Position numbers and translations under genes: made by a program. A stretch of DNA of 64,000 nucleotides from Alphaproteobacteria bacterium (GTDB lineage Bacteria; Pseudomonadota; Alphaproteobacteria; UBA828): the NCBI GenBank assembly GCA_963422645.2, contig CAXXVO010000020.1, forward strand, positions 1 to 64,000. Reading direction: 5' to 3'. Numbering within the stretch: the stretch's first letter is position 1; every line of letters begins with the position of its first letter. Shown here one piece after another: positions 1 to 9,682 of the stretch. The notes beneath the pieces are model-generated. The model saw only the letters and a program-made list of their open reading frames with translations, searched no databases and was not told the DNA's origin.

Positions 1-345
1 CAGCACGCGTAGAGGCGAGGCTAAGTACGCGTCGAGATCGCCAAAGAACAGGATTGGCGCGGCCGGTGTGACGCGCGACGGCAATCTGGAAGCGCGTTCG
101 AATGCGCGCCAAGCCAGCGCCACTGACGGGGAAAGGCGTTGCCTCCACTCGCTCGCAGTGGAGGTTCCGCTCGGCGGGGAATCGATCATTCAGGGCTGTC
201 TCGCGTCTGCAGCCCTCAGGAACTCTAGGGTGGACATGGCGCCTTGGCGGAAGCTTAGTTCGGGCGGTCGCGCCAGACCATAGCCCCAACGACCTCACGT
301 ACCATCGCACCCGCGCTTGCCGTTGACCAGTGTACCCGGCTCAAG

Positions 346-1595
346 TCAGAATTGACGTTCGGCCATTCGCTCAGCCTCGGCCCTCGGCATTTCGCCTTCG
401 AATTGGAGCATGGCCGCTCGCTCGTCGGCGTCAGCGACTATGTCGTCGAACGGATTTGGATGGTGGTTGTCGACGTTGTCGTGTGTGGCCGCGGGGTTTC
501 CATCCGTCACAGCGTCACAACCGGCGCGCACCGTAGGGTTTGGCCGATTCCCATCCGTCACAGTGTCTGGGCTTGTGACGGATGCGCAATCGTCGAGAAC
601 TGCGCTCAGCCTTGGTTGTGACGCTGTGACGGATGGCTTCCGGGGTTCTTCAGGGGCGGGGATGCCATAACGCTTCCATGTGGGTTCGAAGCTTTCGCGC
701 TTGTAGCCCTTGGCCGTCAGCTTGTGGTTCAGGCGAATTGTGCCCGGAGCGATGCCGAAACCCTTGAGAAGGCTTGCTAGGCCGCGCGCCGTTAGCGAAT
801 TGCCTCGCGAATACTCGGCCCACGGACGCCCCTCCATGGCGACCAGGGCCGGGAGAATCGCAGGCGAACACGGATCGTAGCGTTCATTGGACTTGCCAGT
901 CGGCAGTTGCGCGGGGTTCCCGGCTTCCTCGAACAGCTTACGTATGTCGGCAAGCAGCATTTCGCGAATGCCCGTCTCGGAATCGACTTCGGCGTTGACG
1001 GCCTCGCAGGCCCGGTATGCGCGGCCGGTTGTTCCCGCCCATTCGCCTCCGGCGACTTCACCAATGGCCAGGAGCGCCTCCCAGGCGTCGCGGGCTCGAT
1101 CGTGCAGTGCGGAAGGGAAGGCAATGCCGTTGCGGCGCTCCAAGACCGCATAGGCGCTATCGTCGGTCCACCGGGCGAGCTTCTGATTCAGAGCCTCGAC
1201 GGCTTGCCTGTCACGGTCACGCCAATGTGGCATGTCGCCAGTCGTTGGGGAGCGCCGTTCAAGCCGCACTGTGACCGCGCGATCTGCCACCGTGTCAGGC
1301 AAGTCTCCGATTCCGCTTATGGCCTTGGGACACCAGGTTCTGAAGAGACGCGGTTCGTGATCTTCGCCTACCGTGCGGATGACGAACGCCATCTCTCGTC
1401 TCTGAGAGCCGTTGACGATACCCCGCAGTTCAGGATCGTCGCTCATGAAGGTGTCAGCTTCGTCCAGAATCAGGGTGGGCTCGTGCAGTGCGATGATGCG
1501 GAACATTCCCGCCGGCGTAATCCGCCCGGACACTGTCAGCGATCGCAAGGCGAGCGTGCCGGCAACCTCCATGAGCAAACTCTTGCCGCAACGCT
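346..1595 (-). pseudogene. 3' part of Toprim + DUF3631 primase/helicase, split by IS110
   Basis: Walker B LILDEAD and C-terminal AKGYKRESF typical of DUF3631; joins 3364-4465 in frame (2352 nt total) when the IS110 is removed. Confidence 0.85.
500..636. repeat. Nested inverted iteron-like repeats (putative replication origin)
   Basis: Perfect 23-bp IR CCATCCGTCACAGCGTCACAACC (500-522 / 614-636) and inner 11-bp IR CATCCGTCACA (552-562 / 574-584). Confidence 0.7.
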
Positions 1596-1758
1596 TGCCG
1601 TGAAACAGATTCTGGCGAGGGACGCGCGGTGACGCTCCAACCCCGAGGTCACGGCGTTGGCTGAGACCGCCAGGGTCGGCGCGGCGGAGACGAGCGGTGG
1701 ACTTCCCCGATGTGGTCCGAAGCGGTCCCGCGTAGCCGGCTGACGAGATGCGGGCCGC

Positions 1759-3009
1759 TCAGGCGGCCTTGAGTTCCGCGCCTACGGGCTCGATGTAGCC
1801 GTAGCGGCGGAGCATGCGGATCCACCGAGGAGCGTTGCGCTTGACCATCAGAGCGTCGTAGTCGGCCGTGCGGTCGTAGTAGGGCCTGCCGGTCTTGAGC
1901 ACCACATAGATGATGCGCAGCATCTTGTGAGCGCCGGCGACGATGGCGCGCTTGTAGCCGCGCCGGGCGGCGAGGGCGCGGTGATGAGCCTCGAACTGGC
2001 ACCCCTTGGTTCGGGCCGCGCCGTGGGCACACTCGACGAGGCAGGCGCGCAGGGTCTTGGAGCCCATGCGGGTGCGTGCGTTGCGGCGCTTGCCCCCGCT
2101 CTCGTTGTTGCCGGGGCAGAGCCCGGCCCAGGCGGCGAAGTGCTCCTTGGAGGCGAACACGCCGATGTCGGGGCCGATCTCGATGAGGATGGTCGAGGCG
2201 GCGGTGCGGTCGATGCCGGGGATGGTGGTCAGCAGACGGAGCTGCTCCTCCCACGGTGTCATCTGCCCGTCGATCTTCCTGGTGTAGGACGCGATGCGCG
2301 CCTCAAGCGCGTCATGCTCCTCCAGCAGGTCGTTGAGCATGAAGCGGTCGTTGTCGCCCAGGCTCAGGGTGAGCGCCTCGCCGAGCCCCTCCAGCTTGTT
2401 CGCAACGTGGCTGGTGAGCGAGGCGAGGATGACCTCGCGCGCCGTCCCCTGCGCCAGGCCGTCGAGGATCTTCCGGCCGTTGACGCCGAAGACGTCGGAG
2501 AGGATGCCGCCGATGCGCGCACCGGCGCGGTCGATGATCTTCTGCACGCGGTTGCGCACGGCGGAGCGCTGCCTGACCAGGACGCGGCGCTGGCGGCTCA
2601 GTGCGCGCAGCTCCCGGAACGGCTCAGGCGGAACGTGGGAAGGCGTGCAGAGCCCGAACTGGCACACGCAGGCCAGCCACACGCTGTCCGCCACGTCGGT
2701 CTTGCGCCCCTTCAACTGCTTCACCTGACGCGCATGCACCAGGATCGCCTCGAGCCCGGCCGCCTCCAGGGCCGCGAAGGGCGCCTGCCAGTAGACCCCG
2801 GTCCCTTCCATCACCGCAGCCTCGACGCCGTGACCGGTCAGCCACGCGACCATCTCCTCCAGACCGCTCGGCAGCGTGCCGAAGCAGCGCGTCTCCACCA
2901 CCGGCTCACCCTCGCCCTCACAGAGGCGAACCGTCGCGGTGATCTCCATCTTGTGCACGTCCAGACCCGCCGCGCGCGGCCGGACGACGTGCAAGCCTTC
3001 CGTCTTCAT
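1759..3009 (-). CDS. IS110 DEDD recombinase
   Basis: GLDVHK / VMEGTG / KTDVAD (DEDD) and C-terminal GNNESGG serine motif; GAGGAGG RBS before ATG 3009. Confidence 0.95.
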   Translation of the reverse strand: MKTEGLHVVRPRAAGLDVHKMEITATVRLCEGEGEPVVETRCFGTLPSGLEEMVAWLTGHGVEAAVMEGTGVYWQAPFAALEAAGLEAILVHARQVKQLKGRKTDVADSVWLACVCQFGLCTPSHVPPEPFRELRALSRQRRVLVRQRSAVRNRVQKIIDRAGARIGGILSDVFGVNGRKILDGLAQGTAREVILASLTSHVANKLEGLGEALTLSLGDNDRFMLNDLLEEHDALEARIASYTRKIDGQMTPWEEQLRLLTTIPGIDRTAASTILIEIGPDIGVFASKEHFAAWAGLCPGNNESGGKRRNARTRMGSKTLRACLVECAHGAARTKGCQFEAHHRALAARRGYKRAIVAGAHKMLRIIYVVLKTGRPYYDRTADYDALMVKRNAPRWIRMLRRYGYIEPVGAELKAA

Positions 3010-3074
3010 CGCCTTCCTCCTCATTTGCGCTCTCGCCACGGCGGCGTACGATCACGCCGTGGCATCGCCACGGT

Positions 3075-3251
3075 GGAGGCGGGGACAGCGGTCGGAAGAA
3101 CACGCATCCGACGAGCGGGTGCGGTGCAATTTGCCGCGCGTCCACGGCCACGGGCCGGGTACAATACGGGGTGCGGAGCCGGCCGCCGGAAGCAGTTTTG
3201 TCATCGGGAACTACGTCACCGATATAACGACGCTCACACGTCCCCACCTCC
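3075..3251 (-). ncRNA. Putative IS110 bridge RNA, copy 1
   Basis: 12-bp closing stem GGAGGTGGGGAC/GTCCCCGCCTCC enclosing two internal loops that match target and donor junction sequences. Confidence 0.7.
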
Positions 3252-3363
3252 GCCAATACCCATCCTGACACGGCAAATGGGTGCAAGCGCAAGGAAAACG
3301 TCAGCCGAACCGCTCCTGTTTCATGCCACGGGGTGGCTCAGAACCGCGGGGACCATGACTGTT

Positions 3364-4465
3364 TTGTCGCACTCGTCACGTTAAGAATGGTCGACAGATC
3401 AAGCCGGCTGTGAAGGAAGGTATGGGCGATCCACAACGCCACGGCGACCGCCTTCTCGTCTGACATATCAACGTAGCGCCGGATCAGTCCGGCGATGTCC
3501 GTGAGCAACGCCTCACCGTCTACCGGTTCTGGCCACGGCTCGGGTTCGTTCCACTCGATGCGGCGCCCTTGAAGATGGTCACCTTCGCTGCCGCTGCGCT
3601 CGCTTCGTACAAGCTTGTCGAGGTGGGTGACGCGAACGCCCAAGCGCACGGCTTCGTCCGTGCGTGCCCGCTCGTATTCCAGCTCAGGCAGCGCCGCGAG
3701 CCGCGCAATCGCCTCTTCATCAGTCTCGGAGGCGTCGGCATTCATGGCTGTCGCGGCATCGGGTTCCCAAACTGTTGCTTCTGCCTCGATACGCTCGCGC
3801 GTCGCCTCAACGCCGTCCTCTTCGAGCGAGTCGGCGATGTCTCGCCCATCGTCGCCAGATGGCAGGTGGACGCGCACGGCGCATCCCATAGACGCTAGAC
3901 GTTCGGCGATGCAGCTCATTGCCTCGCGACCCGGTTCGTCGGCATCCGCCAACAGCAATACGTCGCGCCCGGCTAGCGGTTCCCAATCGGCCAACCTCCA
4001 CGCGCCCGAGCCGCCGGCCCAGGTAGTGGCGGAGTGGTCTGGGAACACGCGCGTCGCCGCGTCGACACACCGCTCGCTTTCGGCGACGACGACACTCTTG
4101 GTGGGTCCTTCGAGAACTGTTGGCAGGTTGAAGAGCGGCCTGGGCGCCGGCGTGGCCTTGAGCACCCATCTGGTGCCGATCCAGGTGGCCGGGCGTATGA
4201 CTTTGCGACCGTGCGGGTCCTCGTTCTCCCATCGGGCCACGTGGAAGGCGACTTCGCCGTCTGCTGTGAGGTAGGACCAAGTTCCCACCGGGTCGCCTTT
4301 GGCTTCGGTCGGACGCAACCGCGACCAATCCAATTCGGGCGCGTCGGCCGGTGCCGGGACGATCGGTTGAGGGCCTTCGCTCTTATCAGTGGGCGCAGTG
4401 CGCTCTGCCGCTTGGAGCTCGTCAACCGTGAACGGCTCGAACATGCCGTCGCTGGGGCCGGTCAT
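3364..4465 (-). pseudogene. 5' part of Toprim + DUF3631 primase/helicase, split by IS110
   Basis: Toprim motifs (RPLFNL, VVVAESE, LLLADADEPG); broken inside Walker A SAT|KRCGKS. Confidence 0.85.
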
Positions 4466-4869
4466 GCCTCCACCCCGAGCATGCGAGCCAGCGACCGTGC
4501 CGCTTCCGATTGAGAACAACCCCGCAGGTACGCCGCCAGCGAAATGGGGTCTCGACCGCGAGCGTCGGGGAGAGCAAAGTCAGACCAGAAACCGTTGACA
4601 AGGTTGATCTTGAACGAGCCTGGCCGGCGGTCCACTCGACGCGGATTGCGCGCCTCCCACTCGCGGCCTACACGCCGTCCGTCCGGCAGCCAGCGGGCGC
4701 AAAGCACAGGAAGGCGGGCCAGCGCCGCCGCGTTGATCGCGTCGAAGTCTACCGCGTTGCGACGACCGGCGGTGTGGGCTAGGGTTCCGGCGTGCTCTCG
4801 ACGATGCTGAGACACGCCGCGCCCGTTCCGGATGGCACCTCCGGGCGGGCGCTTCCATTTGCGGGACAT
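4462..4869 (-). CDS. Primase N-terminal-like small protein
   Basis: WLPDGRRVGREW..RNPRR.DRRPGSFKIN..G.WSDFA..GRDPISLAAYL; stop overlaps the primase ATG; start uncertain. Confidence 0.7.
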   Translation of the reverse strand: MSRKWKRPPGGAIRNGRGVSQHRREHAGTLAHTAGRRNAVDFDAINAAALARLPVLCARWLPDGRRVGREWEARNPRRVDRRPGSFKINLVNGFWSDFALPDARGRDPISLAAYLRGCSQSEAARSLARMLGVEA

Positions 4870-4873
4870 GAGC

Positions 4874-5077
4874 TCATGCCCTGGCTGAACCGGCCCGCTC
4901 TCTCGCGTCGAGCCAAGCCTCGATTTCGGCCTTCCTCCACCCGACGCTGTTGGGTCCAAGCCGAATCGGCTTCGGGAAGGGGTCGTCTTCGCGAGCCATG
5001 AAGACGTAAATTCTGCTTCGGCTGATGCCGGTTAGGCGAACAACATCGCGCAGGCGGAGAATCAACGGCTCGGTCAT
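4874..5077 (-). CDS. AlpA-family regulator/excisionase
   Basis: ILRLRDVVRLTGISRSRIY..FPKPIRLGPNSVGWRKAEIEAWL. Confidence 0.9.
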   Translation of the reverse strand: MTEPLILRLRDVVRLTGISRSRIYVFMAREDDPFPKPIRLGPNSVGWRKAEIEAWLDARERAGSARA

Positions 5078-5211
5078 CACAGGTATTCCTTTCTCCTTCG
5101 GACGCGGTGACACGCGTCAGGCAAAGGAGGGAATACAACCGGTGGTGTCAGTCGGTCGTGGAACAGAGGCTCGACAATCTGTCCAACGGGATCGACCAAG
5201 GCTCTGCAGAG

Positions 5212-7090
5212 GTAACTGCCCAGGTTCTTGCTGTGAAAATTCTCTGGGATTCGGCACAACGCTACCCACGCGACGCCCGTGTGCTCCTCTGGGGTCGCCG
5301 GGTTTCACAGCTCACGATGCCCCTCTTGCGGACTGCGACCGGTAAGCTACCCCGATGTGGCCCGAAGTCCGCCCGCGCGACGGGCACCGATTTTCATTCT
5401 ATGGGGTGGTCCAGCACGGCGTCGACCATGATCGTTTATGAGAATGGCTCCGCTGTTGGAGAACCCGTGCCAGGTGAGCTTACGCGCACTTGACGGTGGC
5501 GATGAGCCGATCCGATGGGCTGGTCAGGGCTTCGATGATATTCCAGCCCTGCTTTCTGGCGGTGGTGATGACGCTGCGCAGGATGGCGAAGTTCTCGGCC
5601 CCCTGCGCGGACCGGAAGCCCCCGGAGATCTTCTGGCGCAGCTTCATCATCCGAAGGTCGCGCTCGGCCTCGTTGTTCGTGAACCCGACCTCGAGGTCGA
5701 TCAGGAACCGGAGCACCGCGCATTTGTGGTCGCGCAGCCTCAAGGCCGGATTGTGACCGATCCTTCGCTTCCGGCGCTTCTTCCTCTTGCCCGGCGAGAA
5801 CGGTGGTTGGCTCTCGTGAAAGGCCAGCGCATCGGCGATGATCTCGTCGTATCGGCGCTCGATCAGCGCCACAAGCCTCGCCGGAACGGCGATATCCTTG
5901 TCCAGCGCGATGCGGGCGGCGTGATTGGCTCGGCGCAGGAGCTGCTGCATCCGCCGGGCCCAAGCCTCCCCTTCGATGTCCACCAGCGCCTGCAACTCCC
6001 GCAGGTGATGGGCGTTGCACAGGCCGTGCTCCACCCCTTCCATCGCGAAGTACGGCTTCCAGTGATCGTGCACGACGATGCCGGAGACACCCGAGAGCAG
6101 GGCGCCGCGCTTGCCGCTGACCCGGTACGCCGCCAGCAGCGGCGTGCAGATCACATGAAGCCACTGCGTCTGACCGCCGATCCGCAAGCCGGTCTCGTCC
6201 ATGTGTTTCACCCGCGCCGTGCCCGCCGCCAGGTCCTGTATGTGCAAGGCCGCGTCCCGCAGCCGCTCGGCCGCCCTCTCGCTCATCGTCGCCAACGTCG
6301 CAGCCGTCACCGGCGCGCCGAAGAGCTCGGCCATCACCTGCGACAGCCGATCCTCCGGCAGGAAGTGAGCGTGCTGAAGGTAGACCGCCACCCCGGCAAT
6401 GCGCGGGCCGTACTGCACCGGCGCCGACACCCCGTCGGGGAACGCCGCCCGGGTCATCGTCCCGCAATGCCCGCAGCACTTGGCATGCGCCCGGTGCTCG
6501 GTCACCTCCAGGGGGCTCGGCTCGGGCAGATCGAACACCTGGCGGGCGACGGGCGTTCCCGCCCTGGCCGCGTCCGAAAGCGGCGAACCGCATCCCTTGC
6601 AGGAAGCCGGGACGTGATCCTTCACCCGATCCGGGTGATCGGCGCGGCGCAGCGTCTTGCCCTTGTGGCCGGGCTGGCCACCGGGCTTGCGGCCCGATTT
6701 GCCGCGCAGGCTTCGGGTTCGCCGCTTCGAATTCGGCTTCCTCAGCCCATCGCTCGAAGGCGGCTTGCCGCTGTTGAGGCCGAGACGGCGCTCCAACTCC
6801 TCGATGCGCTCGACGAGACGCGCGACTTGCTCTTCCAGCCGCGCGTTCTGCTGCCGAAGCCAGGCATTTTCCTCCCGAAGCCGGGCGTTCTCCTCCTCCA
6901 GGCGGGCGATCTTCTGCGCGGGCGTTTCGGGCGCTGCTCCCGTCGAAGGGCCGCGCGGCGACTCGGGATTGCTCATGTCGTTGTTGAGTCATTTCCCGAA
7001 ATTCCCGTCAAGCCCTTTCCACCAACTCCGAACGAGAAACGCCTCAATCCACTGGCCCAAAATGACAAATCAGACGACCTGGGCAGTTAC
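5212..7090 (-). mobile_element. Single-ORF IS66-family element (ISBst12-like), type A, copy 1
   Basis: 14-bp IRs GTAACTGCCCAGGT at both ends; flanks share no TSD. Confidence 0.9.
5480..6976 (-). CDS. IS66 TnpC transposase
   Basis: Coiled coil, KPPSSDG, Zn finger, HMDETG, CNAHHLREL, FTNNEAERDLR. Confidence 0.93.
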   Translation of the reverse strand: MSNPESPRGPSTGAAPETPAQKIARLEEENARLREENAWLRQQNARLEEQVARLVERIEELERRLGLNSGKPPSSDGLRKPNSKRRTRSLRGKSGRKPGGQPGHKGKTLRRADHPDRVKDHVPASCKGCGSPLSDAARAGTPVARQVFDLPEPSPLEVTEHRAHAKCCGHCGTMTRAAFPDGVSAPVQYGPRIAGVAVYLQHAHFLPEDRLSQVMAELFGAPVTAATLATMSERAAERLRDAALHIQDLAAGTARVKHMDETGLRIGGQTQWLHVICTPLLAAYRVSGKRGALLSGVSGIVVHDHWKPYFAMEGVEHGLCNAHHLRELQALVDIEGEAWARRMQQLLRRANHAARIALDKDIAVPARLVALIERRYDEIIADALAFHESQPPFSPGKRKKRRKRRIGHNPALRLRDHKCAVLRFLIDLEVGFTNNEAERDLRMMKLRQKISGGFRSAQGAENFAILRSVITTARKQGWNIIEALTSPSDRLIATVKCA

Positions 7091-7421
7091 GAAATTTCAC
7101 CGTCCAGTGAGCCAATAGCCTCGGGATCGGCTTTCGCTCCTCCGCTAGCCGATCTACGACCAGTCTGAGCGTCAAGTCCCGTACTCGTTCGTCGGAGTGA
7201 TCGATCACGGGTATGTAGTCGTCACCAGCCGAGAGAACCTTCGGCCACGTATGCTTCGCCAGCTCCTGCGCTGCCTCCAAGACTGCATCCTCGTTGAGGG
7301 GCTTCATGCGGCAAAGCATCCGTTGGAAGTCCGGATTCGCTCGCAGTTTGTTCTTCAGCCCCTCGAACGCTTTCGCTTTCAGCTTGTCCACCGCCGCCTG
7401 TTGCTCTCGCTTGTCTGCCAT
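7091..7421 (-). pseudogene. Satellite hypothetical gene truncated by IS66
   Basis: ORF runs into the IS66 IR at 7090; same position (integrase-X-alpA) as 51204-51731. Confidence 0.6.
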
Positions 7422-7422
7422 G

Positions 7423-7705
7423 ACGCACCTTCGGTACGACGGCGCCGCCCGTGCCGTCAGGGTAAGAGGCTCACTGATCCATGAGCGAGCGGCGACCCTC
7501 GAAGAGGTCGGTCCGTTGGTGGGCGGCCTTGACCTTGATTCGTACCGTGTGGGCGAGGTGCAATTCTATGGAAATTCGGCGCGTGACTAGCCATAGAAAC
7601 GCGCAGCAACGGGCCGTGCTTTCGTACAATTTTTTGGGCACTCGTAGGATAGCCGTACGGCGCGCTATCGAGGCCCAGGTCGCGCATGAGTTTGGACAGC
7701 GTCAT
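7423..7705 (-). pseudogene. Degenerate duplicate of integrase 3' end
   Basis: MTLSKLMRDLGLDSAPYGY.. and 7423-7558 align with the C-terminal coding part of 7702-8925, with stops/indels. Confidence 0.75.
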
Positions 7706-8925
7706 GCGCCGCGACGCACCATCGGCACGACGGCGCCGGCCGCGCCGTCCAGGTAAGAGGCCCATTGATCCATGAGCGTGCGGCGGCGCTCGAAGAGGTC
7801 GGTGCGGTTGTAGGCGGCCTCGACCTTGTCGCGCACGATGTGGGCCAGGGCCGCCTCCATTGCGTCGCGCGGGGCGTTGGTGCACTCCGACGCCCAGTTG
7901 CGGAAGCTCGACCGGAAGCCGTGCGGCACAGCTTCAAGGCCAAGATCGCGCATGAGCTTTGACAACGTCATGTCCGACAGCGGCTTGCCCGTGCGCGTGC
8001 CAGGGAAGATGAAGCCGCTTCCGTCATCGATCGCCCGCGCCTCGCCCAGGATCGTCATGGCACGGTCGCAGAGCGGCACGCGGTGCTCGATGCTGGCCTT
8101 CATGCGCGCCGCCGGCACGGTCCAGGTCGCAGCGTCTTTGTCGATCTCATCCCAGGTAGCGAGCCTGACCTCGCCCGAGCGTGCGGCCGTCAGAATCAGG
8201 AACTCGAAGGCCAGCTTCACGGCGATCCCGGCGCCCGAGCCCCGCACTGCCTCAATGGCAGCCGCGACCTCGCCATGCGGCAACGCTCGATGATGGCGCT
8301 TGGACTTGCCACTATGCCGTGGGAGCGCTGCGCCGATGGCGTCTCCGGCCGGGTTATCGGCTCGGTAGCCTTGCGCCACGGCCCACTTCATGACCGTCGA
8401 GATGCGCTGGCGCACACGCCGCGCCGTCTCCGGCTTCTCGTTCCAGATCGGCATGAGGACCGCCATGACGTCGGCGGTGCTGATGTCCGCGACGGAGCGC
8501 TGGCCCAGGCGTGGGAACACGTAACCGCGCAGTGTGGCTCCCCACTGGGCGGCATGTTTCTCGTTCCGCCAACCGTGCCGGTGAAGGTCGATGACGATTG
8601 CGGCGGCTGCCTCGAAGGTCGGGATGTTGGTCGTGTGGCGTCGCTGAGCGAGAGGATCGCCGCCTTCGCGCGCAATCTTGCGGTTCACCAGTGCGGCCTC
8701 CCGCGCTTCGGCGAGAGAGACGAGCGCGCATCCGCCCAGCCCGAGGGTGCGTTGGCGCCCGTGAATGACGAGTCTTTGCCCCCACCGCTTGGCGCCGGAG
8801 GGATCGACCTTCAGGAAAAGCCCGTTGCCGTCGTAGTAGCGGCCGGGCTTCGAGGTCTTGCGCACTAAGGTCGAGGTCAGCCTCTTCTCGGGATGCTTGC
8901 CCTTTGGTTTTCGACCGTCCGCCAT
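7702..8925 (-). CDS. P4-like tyrosine integrase
   Basis: Arm-binding N-terminus (YYDGNGLFLKV), TAARSGE, HGFRSSFR, LAH, AAYNR; AGGAG RBS before ATG 8925. Confidence 0.95.
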   Translation of the reverse strand: MADGRKPKGKHPEKRLTSTLVRKTSKPGRYYDGNGLFLKVDPSGAKRWGQRLVIHGRQRTLGLGGCALVSLAEAREAALVNRKIAREGGDPLAQRRHTTNIPTFEAAAAIVIDLHRHGWRNEKHAAQWGATLRGYVFPRLGQRSVADISTADVMAVLMPIWNEKPETARRVRQRISTVMKWAVAQGYRADNPAGDAIGAALPRHSGKSKRHHRALPHGEVAAAIEAVRGSGAGIAVKLAFEFLILTAARSGEVRLATWDEIDKDAATWTVPAARMKASIEHRVPLCDRAMTILGEARAIDDGSGFIFPGTRTGKPLSDMTLSKLMRDLGLEAVPHGFRSSFRNWASECTNAPRDAMEAALAHIVRDKVEAAYNRTDLFERRRTLMDQWASYLDGAAGAVVPMVRRGA

Positions 8926-9066
8926 ACTGAAAACTCTCCTTCCCACTCCCTATTAGAAACGGGATTATACGGGACGGGGCGGAACAGCGCAAGACAGGGG
9001 TGTTCCAATAAACACGTTGATTCACGTAGTTATTGAAACGTCTCAGAACGGGACGGAATACGAAAA

Positions 9067-9087
9067 TGGCAGACACCCCATCCGCCA
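9067..9087 (+). other. Putative att site (duplicated tRNA 3' end, probably tRNA-Ser)
   Basis: TGGCAGA-CACCCCA-TCCGCCA: imperfect 7-bp IRs around a 7-bp overlap, ending in CCA, upstream of the integrase. Confidence 0.65.
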
Positions 9088-9102
9088 CCGGGGGAGCGGG
9101 AC

Positions 9103-9630
9103 TCACCGGGCGACCGCGTCGCCGTCCAGGTAGCGTTTGGGCCAGGCGATGCCCTGCCAGGTCTGGATGCGTACGGGGTCGAGGCGGATCAGCCAGCGCT
9201 TCCAGCTCATGGTGGGCTCCAGGTAACTCGGGCCATTCTCGCCATAGTACCGAATGGACATGGCACGGGCGATCTCCACCCAATGGCCGCCCACATTGGG
9301 CCGCTCCACGATCGCTGCCTCGCACTGGGCGAGAAAGCGGCGTTGCACGCCGGTATCCGAGGCGTGATCGGCAGCCGAGGATTCGTCGATCGTCACCGCG
9401 CAGGCGGCGCGCGCTTCGAGATAACGCGCCCAGGCCGAGCGCGCGCGCGGGACGACCCAGAGCGCCTTGCCGTCCCACTGGTACCAGCAGGGCACCACGT
9501 AGGGCCAATCGTTGTCGTCGAGACAGGCGACGCGAGCGAGGAAGGGCTCCTCCAGGAAGCCATCGATCTCCTCTGCGCTCATCCTGCCGATCTTGCCGCG
9601 CCAGCTCTCGTCGGATTTTTGCGGGCTCAT
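9103..9630 (-). CDS. Pyridoxamine 5'-phosphate oxidase-like flavin-binding protein
   Basis: FLEEPFLARVACLDDNDWPYVVPCWYQWDG; GGAGGA RBS. Confidence 0.8.
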   Translation of the reverse strand: MSPQKSDESWRGKIGRMSAEEIDGFLEEPFLARVACLDDNDWPYVVPCWYQWDGKALWVVPRARSAWARYLEARAACAVTIDESSAADHASDTGVQRRFLAQCEAAIVERPNVGGHWVEIARAMSIRYYGENGPSYLEPTMSWKRWLIRLDPVRIQTWQGIAWPKRYLDGDAVAR

Positions 9631-9682
9631 CGTTCCTCCGTCACCGCGCGAGCGGCATCCCGTTCCGGATCCGGGCGTGACC

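Larger units (their letters stand above)
1596..3363 (-). mobile_element. IS110-family element, copy 1
   Basis: Apparently identical to 59023-60790; no TSD; 2-nt core at junctions; removal restores host reading frame. Confidence 0.93.
1..9087 (-). mobile_element. P4-type integrase phage-satellite-like element (left end outside window)
   Basis: Co-oriented integrase, hypothetical, AlpA, primase N-terminal-like ORF and Toprim/DUF3631 gene with iteron-like repeats; att-like site at 9067-9087. Confidence 0.75.

Noticed and set aside
1-345. Possible cos site or small terminase region of the satellite
   Set aside because: No ORF or motif that I can support
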